From a bacterium (lineage in GTDB: Bacteria > UBA8248 > JACPRG01 > G963555815): a DNA stretch of 64,000 bases. The stretch spans positions 864,001 to 928,000 of the forward strand of contig CBDHDG010000007.1 in assembly GCA_965261595.1 (NCBI GenBank), written 5' to 3'. The position numbers were made by a program, and so were the translations under genes. How positions within the stretch are numbered: the stretch's first letter is position 1; each line of letters opens with the position of its first letter. This document shows positions 30,063 to 40,657 of this stretch, piece by piece. The notes below the pieces were generated by a model. It was not told the DNA's origin. It worked only from the letters and a program-made list of their open reading frames with translations, and made no database searches.

Positions 30063-30628
30063 ATCAGCGGGATGCCTTCGAGACCCTGGCCGAGCACATC
30101 GGCGATGAGCTGGTCGTGACGGCGATCGGCTCCCAGACGCAAATCTGGCACGCCGTTCTCCCCCGGCCGGGAAATTTCTACCTGAGCGGGCCGATGGGGC
30201 ACGCCTTGACCTTCGGCCTTGGCCTGGCCCTGGCGCGGCCGAAGGAGCGGATCGTCGCGGTCGAAGGGGACGGGGGGTTGCTGATGAACCTGGGCGCCCT
30301 CGCTGCTGTGGCCGAGCACCGGCCCGACAACCTGGTCGTCGTTGTCATGGACAACCTGAGCTACGAGCTCACCGGGAAACAGCCCATGGTGAACCGGGGG
30401 CGAACGGACTTCGGGATGTTGGCCCGGGGATTCGGAATCACCGCAACCGATGAAGTCTCCGCCCCGGCGGAGTTGTCCGACGCTTTCCGGAAGGCCTTGG
30501 GAGGGGGGGAGTTCTCTTTCATCTGGTCGCGTCTTGAGCCGATGTCCGAGAAGGCCCCTCCGTTTCCATATCTTCCCTACCAGATCAAGCACGCGTTCTG
30601 GGAGCACCTGAAGACGCTTGACGCGTGA
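30059..30628 (+). CDS. TPP-dependent decarboxylase beta subunit (ComE-like)
   Basis: GLGLALARP and EGDGGLLMNLG...DN TPP motif; ATGA overlap. Confidence 0.8.
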   Translation: MNQRDAFETLAEHIGDELVVTAIGSQTQIWHAVLPRPGNFYLSGPMGHALTFGLGLALARPKERIVAVEGDGGLLMNLGALAAVAEHRPDNLVVVVMDNLSYELTGKQPMVNRGRTDFGMLARGFGITATDEVSAPAELSDAFRKALGGGEFSFIWSRLEPMSEKAPPFPYLPYQIKHAFWEHLKTLDA

Positions 30629-30693
30629 GTCGATCTTTGGGAAACGGCCTCGCGGGGAACCGGGGTTCCGGTCGCGTTGAAGGGAGATGAACG

Positions 30694-31134
30694 GTGGGGA
30701 TCTTCTACGATCACGTGGCCCTGGCCTCCACGGACCCGGACCGGTCGGTGGTGTTCTACCGGGATGTGATGGGGTTCGAGCTTTCGAGCCGCAAGGCCCT
30801 GGACGACGGCCGCGAGCAGGCGGTCTTCCACATCGGCGATGGGATTCTGGTGGTCTTTCATCACGAGGACAACCGGTATGTCGGGAAGATCAAGAAACCG
30901 CGCTCCGGCATGCACCACTTGGCCTTCGGGATGAATGCCCCGGAATTCGACGCCATCCTCGACAGGTGCAAAGCCGGCGGCGTGACGGTCCGGCGGCTGG
31001 AGTATAATTCGGGTGCCAAGGGATTGGGCTTCGCCGCGTATTTCTACGACCCGGACGGCAACGAGATCGAAATCAAAAAATACGAGCCCGACCCCGACTT
31101 CCAAGAGCACTCCGCTCCCGACTATCACATTTAG
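30694..31134 (+). CDS. VOC/glyoxalase family protein
   Basis: DHVAL, HHLAF and YFYDPDGNEIE motifs. Confidence 0.9.
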   Translation: MGIFYDHVALASTDPDRSVVFYRDVMGFELSSRKALDDGREQAVFHIGDGILVVFHHEDNRYVGKIKKPRSGMHHLAFGMNAPEFDAILDRCKAGGVTVRRLEYNSGAKGLGFAAYFYDPDGNEIEIKKYEPDPDFQEHSAPDYHI

Positions 31135-31286
31135 AACATCGGCGGGTTCGCACGTCCCGCCGCGGACCCCTCTCCCGCTCTCCGGGATTTGCGCGACCGT
31201 GAATCGGTGCGCATTTATGTGTGGCGCGATTGTGTTTCACCGCGGTGTATCGCCGCGGATTCCGGATGGATCAAGGGCTGACGGTC

Positions 31287-32714
31287 ATGGGCCGAAAACA
31301 GAGTCGAAAACCCTGGGGCGGCAGATTTTCGGAGCGGACGGCGCCGGCCGTGGAGGCCTTCACCGAATCGGTCTCCTTCGATCACCGGTTGGCCCGGTGC
31401 GATATCCAAGGGAGCGTCGCCCACGCCCGGATGCTGGCCAAGTGCGGAATCATCACAAAGGCCGAAGGCCGTAAGATCGTCAAAGGGCTGGAGAGCATCG
31501 GCCGGGAGATCGAAGCGGGACGGTTCCGGTTCGACCCCGGCCTGGAAGACGTGCACATGAACATCGAGGCGAGGCTCGTTCGGGACATCGGGCCGGTCGG
31601 GGGTAAGCTCCATGCGGCGCGGAGCCGCAACGATCAGGTCGCCCTGGATCTCCGTCTCTACTTGAAAGATGTCCTGGCGGATGTGCGGGAGGGCCTCCTG
31701 CGCCTGAAGGGGGCCCTGCTTGACAGGGCGGAGCGATACGCGGCCGTCGTGATGCCCGGGTACACCCATATGCGCAGGGCGCAGCCGGTGCTGTTCGCCC
31801 ACCACCTTCTCGCGTACGTCGAGATGTTGAACCGGGATGAGGAACGGATGTTCGACTGCCTCGGGCGCGTGGACGTGCTTCCCCTGGGAAGCGGGGCGCT
31901 CAGCGGAACGGGGTTTCCCGTGGATCGCGCCTACGTCGCGGAATTGTTGGGGTTCGGGAAAATCTCGCGGAACAGCCTGGATGCCGTCTCGGACCGGGAC
32001 TTCGCCGTGGAGTTCGCGGGCGCCTGCGCGTTGGTCATGATGCATCTGAGCCGGATGGCCGAGGAGATGATTCTCTGGTCCGGGGCGGAGTTCGGCTACA
32101 TCACGTTGCCCGAGGCCTACCTCACCGGCAGCTCCATGATGCCCCAGAAGCGAAATCCGGACGTTCTGGAGCTGGTTCGCGGAAAGACCGGCCGGGTCTA
32201 TGGGTCGCTGATCAGCCTGTTGACCCTCCTCAAGGCGCAGCCCTTGACGTATAACCGGGATTTTCAGGAGGACAAAGAGCCGGTTTTCGACGCGGCCGAC
32301 ACGGTCCTGGCCAGTCTGCGGGTTTTGGCCGGGCTGGTAGCGGGGATCACCATCTCCGCTGAGCAGGAGGCGCGCATGCGGGCGGCGGCCGAAGCGGATT
32401 TCTCTCTGGCGACGGAATTGGCCGACTACCTCGCGATGCGGGGAGTCCCCTTCCGGCAGGGCCATGAGGCGGCGGGCCGGGTCGTCCGGTATTGTGAAGA
32501 CCATGGAAAGACCCTCACCGACCTGGACATCGCCGAGCTTCAACGGTTCTCGCCGGCTTTTGAAAAGGACGCCTTGCCCTGCCTGTCGGCGGACCGGGCC
32601 GTCCGCGCGAGAGACTTGCCGGGAGGGACCTCGCCGACTAATGTGAAGAGGGCGATTCGAAGGGAGAAGAAAAAGTGCGCCGATTCCTTATCGCGGTTCT
32701 CATCCTCGGGCTGA
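31287..32714 (+). CDS. argH: Argininosuccinate lyase
   Basis: WGGRF, RSRNDQV and GSSMMPQKRNPD motifs. Confidence 0.97.
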   Translation: MGRKQSRKPWGGRFSERTAPAVEAFTESVSFDHRLARCDIQGSVAHARMLAKCGIITKAEGRKIVKGLESIGREIEAGRFRFDPGLEDVHMNIEARLVRDIGPVGGKLHAARSRNDQVALDLRLYLKDVLADVREGLLRLKGALLDRAERYAAVVMPGYTHMRRAQPVLFAHHLLAYVEMLNRDEERMFDCLGRVDVLPLGSGALSGTGFPVDRAYVAELLGFGKISRNSLDAVSDRDFAVEFAGACALVMMHLSRMAEEMILWSGAEFGYITLPEAYLTGSSMMPQKRNPDVLELVRGKTGRVYGSLISLLTLLKAQPLTYNRDFQEDKEPVFDAADTVLASLRVLAGLVAGITISAEQEARMRAAAEADFSLATELADYLAMRGVPFRQGHEAAGRVVRYCEDHGKTLTDLDIAELQRFSPAFEKDALPCLSADRAVRARDLPGGTSPTNVKRAIRREKKKCADSLSRFSSSG

Positions 32715-32797
32715 GCCTTTCGGGCGGACTGGCCGGGTGCGGGAAGAAGGGTGGCCCCGAAACCCCTAAGAAACCGATCTTTCCAGCCATCCGTTGA
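32675..32797 (+). CDS. Small lipoprotein, LptM/YifL-like
   Basis: Manual ORF MRRFLIAVLILGLSLSGGLAGCGKKGGPETPKKPIFPAIR; lipobox LAGC followed by GKKG; position between argH and lysA; GGGAG RBS. Confidence 0.75.
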   Translation: MRRFLIAVLILGLSLSGGLAGCGKKGGPETPKKPIFPAIR

Positions 32798-32916
32798 GCC
32801 CCGGGCGCTCCCTGGAGCGCCGTTCCCCCGCTCGAAACGTATCCTGTGATTCATTGGAGAATTCCGTCTTCTGGAATTCTCCTTTGTCATTGTTCGATAC
32901 AGCCAAGGACGGAAGG

Positions 32917-33549
32917 ATGAAATCAACCAGACTGAAGATGAGCAACCTGACCGCGCTGGCTCTCGTGGCCCTTCTTTCCGCGGGATGCGTTCCGGTGGCG
33001 ATCGAGGCGGCGAAAAAGGCCTGGGAGGACCGATCGACCGAAGACCAGGTGACGGATGCCAAGATCTATGGGGGAATCCTGAGCCGTTTGGCGGATAAAG
33101 ACAAGAAGCTTCTTCTGGATGTGTCGGCCGATGTCTGGGAGGGCCGTGTGCTGCTCACGGGGACGCTCGACAGCCGCAAAACCCACAGGGAGGTGTTGAG
33201 TCTCGTCCGCCGGGACAAACGGATCCGCAAGTTCTACGATGAGGTCCGGATTGTTACAAAGGCGGAGAAAAAGCGAAGAAGAAAGCAACAGGAGAGCCGG
33301 AAGGGCAAAAACGAGGAAGGCGGCATGGTTGACGACTTCTGGATCGAAACCAAGATCAGCGCCCGGCTTTTGACGACAAAGGGGGTGACCTCGGTCAATT
33401 TCCGGTGGCGATCGGTCGAGTTCAGGGTTTTCACCATCGGTCGCGCCCGAAGCGTATGGGAGCGGGACACCGTCCTGCGCGTCATCCGTGAAACCAAAGG
33501 GGTGAAGAGCGTCAAGCACTTTATCCAGGTGAAGAGCTTGAAAAAGTAG
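32917..33549 (+). CDS. Dual-BON domain lipoprotein (DolP/YraP-like)
   Basis: Lipobox SAGC; DRS..QVTDAKI, GRVLLTG and DFWIETKI motifs. Confidence 0.85.
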   Translation: MKSTRLKMSNLTALALVALLSAGCVPVAIEAAKKAWEDRSTEDQVTDAKIYGGILSRLADKDKKLLLDVSADVWEGRVLLTGTLDSRKTHREVLSLVRRDKRIRKFYDEVRIVTKAEKKRRRKQQESRKGKNEEGGMVDDFWIETKISARLLTTKGVTSVNFRWRSVEFRVFTIGRARSVWERDTVLRVIRETKGVKSVKHFIQVKSLKK

Positions 33550-33674
33550 GATTCCGCCAAGTCGGCGGGCGACCCGGTCTTCCGCATTGAATTCATACAG
33601 TTCGTTGACGGCAAATCGGCTCCTGTGTTAGCTTGACGGGGGTTTTTGGTGCCCTTATTCGGGACGGCGTTTCG

Positions 33675-34997
33675 ATGGATATTTTCGACTACAGGGCGGG
33701 TGAATTGGCCTGTGAGGAGGTCTCCCTCCGGGAGGTGGCCGAGCGGGTGGGCACGCCCTGTTACGTCTACAGCGCCGATCACATCACCCGCAGGTTCCGG
33801 GAATTCGATGAGGCGTTCTCTGGGCTTCCGCACCTTGTCTGCTTCGCCATGAAGGCCAACAGCAACCTGGCCGTCCTGCGGCTCCTGGGCAACCTGGGAA
33901 GCGGGGTCGATGTCGTTTCGGGCGGAGAGCTCTTCCGCGCCGTCGAGGCCGGGGTTCCGGCCGGCCGGATCGTCTTCGCGGGCGTCGGGAAGACGGTGGA
34001 GGAGATCATCATGGCCATGAAACGGGAAATCCTGATGTTCAACGTCGAGTCCGCCGGGGAGCTGGACGAGATCAACCGGGTCGCCGAGAGTTACGGGCGA
34101 AAAGCCCCGGTCGCCCTTCGGGTGAATCCGGACGTCGACCCGCAGACCCACCCCTACATCTCGACGGGGATGAAGAAGAGCAAGTTCGGGATCGAAATCT
34201 CCGGGGCCATGGATGAATACCGGCGGGCCGCGGCCATGCCCTGGATTGAAATCGTGGGGATTCATTCGCACATCGGCTCCCAGATCACGACCACCGGACC
34301 CTTTGAAGACGCCGCGGCCAAGGTGGCCGGCCTGGCGGGCCGCCTGCGGGGCGAGGGCATCGACGTCCGGTACATCAACCTCGGTGGCGGGCTGGGCATC
34401 TCGTATGAGGATGAGACGCCTCCCACGCCGCGCGACCTGGCCCAATCCATTATGCCGGCAATCAAAGAAAGCGGATGCACGCTCCTGTTCGAGCCCGGGC
34501 GAAACCTGGTGGGCAACGCGGGCGCGCTCCTCAGCAGCGTGATTTACACCAAGACGACGCCGGCCAAGACGTTCTATGTTGCCGACGCCGCCATGAACGA
34601 CCTCATCCGCCCCAGCCTGTACGGGAGCCATCATGAGATTCGGCCCCTGTCCGAAGCGGTCGCTTCGAGGCCGCGGTCGGTGGCGGACGTGGTGGGGCCG
34701 ATCTGCGAGAGCGGCGACTTTCTGGCCGAGGCGCGGGATCTCCCCGCTTTCGAGCCGGGCGACCGGTTCGCCGTGATGAGCGCCGGGGCTTACGGTTTCG
34801 TGATGGCGTCCAACTACAACGCCCGGCCGAGGGTCCCCGAGGTGTTGGTTCACGGGAGCGAGTTCACCGTCATCCGCAAGCGGGAGACCTTCCAGGACCT
34901 CATCCGCGGGGAGACGATTCCGGACTTCCTCGAAGCGCCGAAACCCGCCGACGCGGGGTGGGCCGCCGAAGCGCGCGACGGAGCGGCGAGGCCATGA
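33675..34997 (+). CDS. lysA: Diaminopimelate decarboxylase
   Basis: FAMKANSN, HIGSQI, EPGR, GPICESGD and GAYG motifs. Confidence 0.97.
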   Translation: MDIFDYRAGELACEEVSLREVAERVGTPCYVYSADHITRRFREFDEAFSGLPHLVCFAMKANSNLAVLRLLGNLGSGVDVVSGGELFRAVEAGVPAGRIVFAGVGKTVEEIIMAMKREILMFNVESAGELDEINRVAESYGRKAPVALRVNPDVDPQTHPYISTGMKKSKFGIEISGAMDEYRRAAAMPWIEIVGIHSHIGSQITTTGPFEDAAAKVAGLAGRLRGEGIDVRYINLGGGLGISYEDETPPTPRDLAQSIMPAIKESGCTLLFEPGRNLVGNAGALLSSVIYTKTTPAKTFYVADAAMNDLIRPSLYGSHHEIRPLSEAVASRPRSVADVVGPICESGDFLAEARDLPAFEPGDRFAVMSAGAYGFVMASNYNARPRVPEVLVHGSEFTVIRKRETFQDLIRGETIPDFLEAPKPADAGWAAEARDGAARP

Positions 34998-35818
34998 ACC
35001 CCGTGCCTTTCGTCAAGATGCAGGGGAGCGGCAACGACTTCGTCCTCATCGACAACCGTCCCGGACTCCTGGACCCCGAGAATCTGGGCGATTTCGTCCG
35101 GGGGGTCTGCCGGCGATCCCGGTCGGTCGGGGCGGATGGTCTCATCCTCCTGGAAGCGAGCGACCGGGCCGATTTCCGCTGGCATTTCTTCAACGCGGAC
35201 GGAAGCCGGGCGGAGATGTGCGGGAACGGCAGCCGATGCGCCGCCCGCTGGGCCCACCGTCTCGGGATGGCCCCGGCGAGCCTGACCTTCGAGACGGACG
35301 CGGGCCTCATCGCCGCGCGGGTGAGCGGGCGGCGGGTCAGGGTCAGGATGACCGATCCTTCCCCCGTCGAGAAGGACATTCAGATCACGATGAACGGGTC
35401 CGATCTCCGCCTTCAATTCGTCAATACCGGCGTTCCGCACGCGGTGGAATTCGTCGAGGACCTGGAAGGCCGCGACGTGGCCGGGGCGGGGAGGTTTGTG
35501 CGGAACCACGGCCGCTTCCAGCCGGCGGGGACGAACGTCAACTTCGTCCGGACGGAGGATCGCCATCGCGTCGCCGTCCGGACCTACGAGCGGGGCGTCG
35601 AGGAGGAGACCCTGGCGTGCGGCACGGGCGCGGTGGCGTCGGCGCTGGTTTCGGCGGAGATGGGATACGCCGACTCTCCGGTCGGCGTTCTCACGCGTAG
35701 CGGCGAGGTCCTGGAAATCAGTTTCAAAAAGGAAGGGGAGCGGTACACGGACGTGTGCCTGGAGGGCGAGACGGCCCTGATCTACGAAGGGTCGCTGAAT
35801 GAGGAGGCCTGGGGATAA
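34994..35818 (+). CDS. dapF: Diaminopimelate epimerase
   Basis: GSGNDF, EMCGNG and ERGVEEETLACGTG motifs. Confidence 0.96.
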   Translation: MNPVPFVKMQGSGNDFVLIDNRPGLLDPENLGDFVRGVCRRSRSVGADGLILLEASDRADFRWHFFNADGSRAEMCGNGSRCAARWAHRLGMAPASLTFETDAGLIAARVSGRRVRVRMTDPSPVEKDIQITMNGSDLRLQFVNTGVPHAVEFVEDLEGRDVAGAGRFVRNHGRFQPAGTNVNFVRTEDRHRVAVRTYERGVEEETLACGTGAVASALVSAEMGYADSPVGVLTRSGEVLEISFKKEGERYTDVCLEGETALIYEGSLNEEAWG

Positions 35819-35848
35819 TCCCCGGCCCCCGGAAAAAGGGGATTGGAT

Positions 35849-36724
35849 ATGTTCCATGGATCGATTGTCGCCATCGTTACGCCGTTCAAGAACGGCGACG
35901 TGGATGAAGCGGCCCTTCGCGCCTTGATCGAGTGGCACATCGACAGCGGGACGCACGGGATCGTTTCCTGCGGCACGACCGGGGAGTCCCCCACGCTGTC
36001 GCATGAGGAGCATGACCGCGTTGTGGAATTTACGCTGGAGGTTGTGGGCGGAAGGGCGCCGGTGATCGCCGGATCGGGCTCCAACTCCACGCAGGAGGCC
36101 ATCCACCGGACCCGGCATGCCAAAGAGGCGGGGGCCGACGGGGCGCTCCTGGTCACTCCCTACTACAACAAGCCCACCCAGGAAGGCATGTTCCGCCATT
36201 TCCAGGCCGTCGCCGAGGCCGTGGACATCCCCATTGTCTTGTATGATGTCCCCGGCCGGACCGCGGCCGGCATGAAGCCCGAGACCGTGGCGCGTCTGGC
36301 GGAGATCCCCAACATCGTGGCGCTCAAGGAAGCGACCGGCAATCTCCGGCAGGCGAGCGACGTGGTGGGTTTGTGCCCGGCGGAATTCGCGGTTCTTTCG
36401 GGCGATGATTTCGTCAACCTCCCCCTGTATTCGGTGGGCGGCCGCGGGGTGATCTCCGTCACCGCGAACGTGGCGCCCAAGGACATGGCCGAGCTTTGCA
36501 ACGCCGCCGAAGAGGGTGATTGGCCCCGGGCCCGGGAGCTTCATTATCGGCTCCGGCCCCTGAACTGGGCGATGTTCCTCGAGACCAACCCGATCCCGGT
36601 CAAGACGGCGCTGAGCCTGATGGGCAGGGTTTCCGAGGAATTCCGCCTGCCCCTTTGTCCGATGAGTGAGTTGAACCGCGCGGCCCTCATCCAGGCCATG
36701 AAGGATTACGGTCTGCTGAACTGA
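35849..36724 (+). CDS. dapA: 4-hydroxy-tetrahydrodipicolinate synthase
   Basis: GTTGESPTL, PYYNKP, LYDVPGRT and ETNPIPVK motifs. Confidence 0.97.
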   Translation: MFHGSIVAIVTPFKNGDVDEAALRALIEWHIDSGTHGIVSCGTTGESPTLSHEEHDRVVEFTLEVVGGRAPVIAGSGSNSTQEAIHRTRHAKEAGADGALLVTPYYNKPTQEGMFRHFQAVAEAVDIPIVLYDVPGRTAAGMKPETVARLAEIPNIVALKEATGNLRQASDVVGLCPAEFAVLSGDDFVNLPLYSVGGRGVISVTANVAPKDMAELCNAAEEGDWPRARELHYRLRPLNWAMFLETNPIPVKTALSLMGRVSEEFRLPLCPMSELNRAALIQAMKDYGLLN

Positions 36725-36848
36725 GAGCGGCGGCGAGCGTCCCGCCCGGCGGGGTCCGAGCGGGGGTCGCTCAGGAGGCGTCTCCTAGACACGCGGCGTC
36801 CTGGACGCGTAGCGTCTTGGACGTATTGACGGCGGTTCACCGGACGAA

Positions 36849-38552
36849 ATGCTGAAGAAAGGAACCGTGTTTGTGAGATACAGGCTGAAAAAATGGGCGG
36901 ACAAGTGGCTTGCGCTTGCCCTGCTCTTGATTGTGGCCGGACTCTGGATGGGGTTTCCGAACGGTCCGAATCGTTCCCGGCCGGCGGCGTTCCCCCCTCT
37001 GGCCTGGGGATCGGACGGCCCCTCCTTTCGGGTGATCGAGGAGGCCTTCAACGTCATCCGGAAAAACCACTACTCCGATCCCCGCGACCGGAAGCTCATT
37101 CTGGCGGCGCTTGATGGGATTCGCGCCAAGGTGTCCGCCGATGAAGGGAAGGACGGGCTCAGTGAAACCAAGGGGACCGAAGGCGTCAGCTGGCGAATCG
37201 GCCCCAAAGAGATCGCCATCCTCGTCCAGGACAATGTCGATGGCGATTTGAGACCCCTCTCCCGGGCATTTCATTTCGTGCGCGCCGCTTTCTATCCCAA
37301 GGAAAAAGAGGCGCGGGAGCTGGCCTATGCGGCGATCCGGGGGATGATGAAGGGTCTCGATCCTCACAGCGCCCTCATGCCGCCGGAGGCCTTCCACGAG
37401 TTGCAGGTCGAGACCCGCGGGGAATTCGGCGGCATCGGCATCGAGATCACCATCCGGGACGGCAAGCTCACCGTCGTTTCCCCGATTGATGGGACGCCCG
37501 CCTATCGGCTCGGGGTCAAGGCCGAGGATCATATCGTCAGGATTGAAGACTTCAACACTAAGGGGATCACGCTCCGGGGAGCGGTCCGGCGCATGCGGGG
37601 CCCGAAAGGGATCCCGGTGACCATCCACGTTTGGAGGGAGAACATCGAGAAATCCCTCGTGTTCACGATCATCCGGGACATCATCCGGGTCCAGAGCGTG
37701 AAGTCCAAAGTGCTCCCCGGAAAGATCGGCTACATTCGGCTCCGCAGCTTTGTCGAGTCCTCGAGCCGGGACCTCCTGAAGGCCATGCGGAAGCTCAAGA
37801 GAAAGAAGATCCGGGGCCTCGTCCTGGACCTGAGAAACAATCCGGGGGGGCTTCTGAGGCAGGCCGTCCAGGTGGCCGATATGTTCCTGCGGAAAGGCTC
37901 TCTCATTGTCTACACGCGGGGCAAGCGCTTGGAGCACAGTCTACGGTTCGTGGACCGGCGAACCGGCCCCTTCGGCCGGGTCCCGATGATCATCCTCGTC
38001 AACTCCGGAAGCGCCAGCGCGTCGGAGATCGTCACCGGAGCCCTCCAGGACCTCCACCGCGCCCTGATCATGGGTACGCGGACGTTCGGGAAAGGCTCGG
38101 TGCAGACCATCATCCCCCTGAGTGACGGGTCGGGCCTTCGGATCACTACGGCGCTTTATTACACGCCGAAGGGGCGGGAAATTCACGCGAAGGGCATTCC
38201 GCCGGACGCGGTGGTCCGCCAACCGGGAGACACTCGGAAAGGGGACGTGGTCCTGGAAAAGGAGCTGCTTCGCAGGCATAGGGAGAGAAACAAGGCCGGC
38301 CGCGGCGCTGTTGCGAAACCGAAAAAACCCGAAACGGCCCCCCAGCCCCAAGCGGCGCCGCCCAAACCGATTCGGCTGGGGTCCGAGGAGGACTATCAGT
38401 TGAAGGTCGCCCGGCGAATTCTGGACGAATCTCCCGACCGTAGGGTGGCCCAGTTGATGATTCGCGCGCGCCGCGTTTTGGCCTTGCTCGCTCAAAATCC
38501 GGCCGGGGGGGGGGGAGTCAATAATCCGAAAAAGCAGGGCGCGCGGCCATGA
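36849..38552 (+). CDS. ctpA: C-terminal processing peptidase S41 with PDZ domain
   Basis: LDPHS, DLRNNPGG, SASASEI and TFGKGSVQ motifs. Confidence 0.92.
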   Translation: MLKKGTVFVRYRLKKWADKWLALALLLIVAGLWMGFPNGPNRSRPAAFPPLAWGSDGPSFRVIEEAFNVIRKNHYSDPRDRKLILAALDGIRAKVSADEGKDGLSETKGTEGVSWRIGPKEIAILVQDNVDGDLRPLSRAFHFVRAAFYPKEKEARELAYAAIRGMMKGLDPHSALMPPEAFHELQVETRGEFGGIGIEITIRDGKLTVVSPIDGTPAYRLGVKAEDHIVRIEDFNTKGITLRGAVRRMRGPKGIPVTIHVWRENIEKSLVFTIIRDIIRVQSVKSKVLPGKIGYIRLRSFVESSSRDLLKAMRKLKRKKIRGLVLDLRNNPGGLLRQAVQVADMFLRKGSLIVYTRGKRLEHSLRFVDRRTGPFGRVPMIILVNSGSASASEIVTGALQDLHRALIMGTRTFGKGSVQTIIPLSDGSGLRITTALYYTPKGREIHAKGIPPDAVVRQPGDTRKGDVVLEKELLRRHRERNKAGRGAVAKPKKPETAPQPQAAPPKPIRLGSEEDYQLKVARRILDESPDRRVAQLMIRARRVLALLAQNPAGGGGVNNPKKQGARP

Positions 38553-39355
38553 TTCGCGCGGTTGTCGCCGGGGCGGCCGGACGGATGGGGGGATGCAACA
38601 TCCGTGCGGTGCGGGAGGCCGACGACTTCGAGTTGTGCGGCGCGTTTGAAGTCGCCGGGCATGCCGCCGTGGGGAAAGACGCCGGCGCGGCCGCGGGCGT
38701 CGGGGAGATGGGAGTCCCCGTCGTCGACCGCGCGGAAGACGCGATGCGGGGCGGGGACGTCCTCATCGATTTCTCGTCGCCGGCCGCGAGCCTGGAACAT
38801 CTGAGGCAAGCGGCTTCGCTGGGCCTCGCCGCCGTGATCGGCACGACGGGGTTCGACCCGGCCCAGAAGGAGGCCGTCTCCGAGTTGGCCGGCCGGGTGC
38901 GCGCGGTCATCGCCCCCAACATGAGCGTGGGCGTGAACGTGCTGATAGCTCTCGTTCGGCAGGCCGCCGGCCTTCTGGGAGAGGATTTCGACGTGGAGTT
39001 GGTCGAAGCCCACCACCATTTCAAGAAGGACGCCCCGAGCGGAACGGCCCTGGCGCTGGCGGAGGCCGCGGCGGAGGCCCTTGGCAGAGACCTGTCCCGG
39101 GTCGGAGTCTACGGCAGGGAAGGGCAGGTGGGGGAGCGGACCCGTGAGGAGATCGGCGTCATGACCCTTCGCGCCGGCGATCTGGTGGGCGAGCACACGG
39201 TCATGTTCGGCGGTGTCGGGGAGCGGATCGAGCTCATCCATCGCGCCCACAGCCGGGACAATTTCGCCCGCGGGGCGATGCGCGCCGCCCGCTGGGTCAT
39301 GGACCGCCCGGCGGGGATTTATTCCATGGCCGACGTGCTTGGCCTGAGCGGCTGA
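38549..39355 (+). CDS. dapB: 4-hydroxy-tetrahydrodipicolinate reductase
   Basis: GAAGRMG, IGTTG and EAHHHFKKDAPSGTA motifs. Confidence 0.97.
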   Translation: MIRAVVAGAAGRMGGCNIRAVREADDFELCGAFEVAGHAAVGKDAGAAAGVGEMGVPVVDRAEDAMRGGDVLIDFSSPAASLEHLRQAASLGLAAVIGTTGFDPAQKEAVSELAGRVRAVIAPNMSVGVNVLIALVRQAAGLLGEDFDVELVEAHHHFKKDAPSGTALALAEAAAEALGRDLSRVGVYGREGQVGERTREEIGVMTLRAGDLVGEHTVMFGGVGERIELIHRAHSRDNFARGAMRAARWVMDRPAGIYSMADVLGLSG

Positions 39356-39546
39356 GCGAACGTCCCCCGCCCCTTTTTCTCCCCCCTGCTCCTTTCTCTC
39401 CGGACTGTTCCCCGAGAAAGCCTTCGGGAAGCCCCCGAAAGGCGGCGTTTGAGCCCTCCCTTCGTTCGAGACCCGCGCATCTTTTTGATCGCTGAATTCC
39501 AAACGCCCTTGGAAGGCCCGCTGGGCGGCACACGGAGGTCAAGGTC

Positions 39547-40657
39547 TTGAAAAGGGCCCTGGCGATAGTCCTGGCCTTTGTCGCGGCCTTCCTTCTGGGC
39601 GAGGGCGGGGCGCTCGGTTGTTTTTTCGGCACAAGGATTTTCCGCGTTGGCGGGCGGCAGTTCTCCGCTATCGGGCCGACCCTTGTTTCGGGTGGAAGGT
39701 GGCCCAGGGGGAATACGTTCGCTCGTTGGAGATCATCCGGATCAACCGACAGGGGTTCCGGGGGCGGACGGTTCCCGCGAGGAAGGGGCCGCGGGAGATC
39801 CGCATCTTCGTTCTGGGCGGCTCTTCCGCGTTCAACAGCAATTCCCAGGGCGGAAACACCTGGCCGCGCCTGTTGGAGAAACGGCTTCAGGGGCGGTTCG
39901 GGCCCTCGGTTCGCGTTGTCAACGCGGCGACGCCGGGATTCACCGCGCACCAGTCCGCCCTGCGGCTCAAGTGCCAGCTTCTTGGCCTGTCGCCCGACTT
40001 GGTGGTGGTCTATCATCTTTGGAACGACGTCAAAAACTTCGGAAAGTCGGACATTCCTCGCCTCATCCGGGACTTGAAGGCCCACGGGCGGTTCAACGAG
40101 CGGTCCACGTTGAACGTCCTGACGGGTCGAATCCCGGTCTTGACGAGCTGACCCGGTGGTCTCAGCTTGCCGCCCGGCTGCGCTTCGCCCTCATCAAGGG
40201 GGTGCGTCACATCAATAAGGTGGGGGGGGAGGGACGGAAACGGGACGCCCTGGATGAGCGGGTTCACACGAACGGCGTCGGGTTTTATCGGCGGAACCTC
40301 CTGGCCATCCGATCCCTCCTGGCCGCGCGGAATCTTCCTCTCCTCATCGTAAAGCAGGCGACGCTCATTCGTCCGGACAACTCCCCGAGGGAGCGAAAAC
40401 GGATCGCCTACGAATACACCGGGTTCAATCACGCGATGCTTGTGGAGGCCATCCGCGCGGGATGGGCGGTCAACGACGAGGTCTGCCGTCTGGACGGCGT
40501 TCACTGCGTCGCCGCGAACGAGCGCGTGCCCTCCACGCTGGATACCCTCCGCGACCACGTCCACCTGACCGAGCGGGGCCGCCGCGCCCTGGCGGCCGTG
40601 GTTTACGAAGCGGTCGCCGGGTGGGTGGAAAGGATCAGGGCGCCCAAGGGGTCGTGA
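39547..40657 (+). pseudogene. Membrane-anchored SGNH hydrolase, frameshifts near 39610 and 40140
   Basis: TM leader, then VLGGSSAF and VVNAATPG, then RDHVHLTERG, spread over three frames. Confidence 0.75.
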
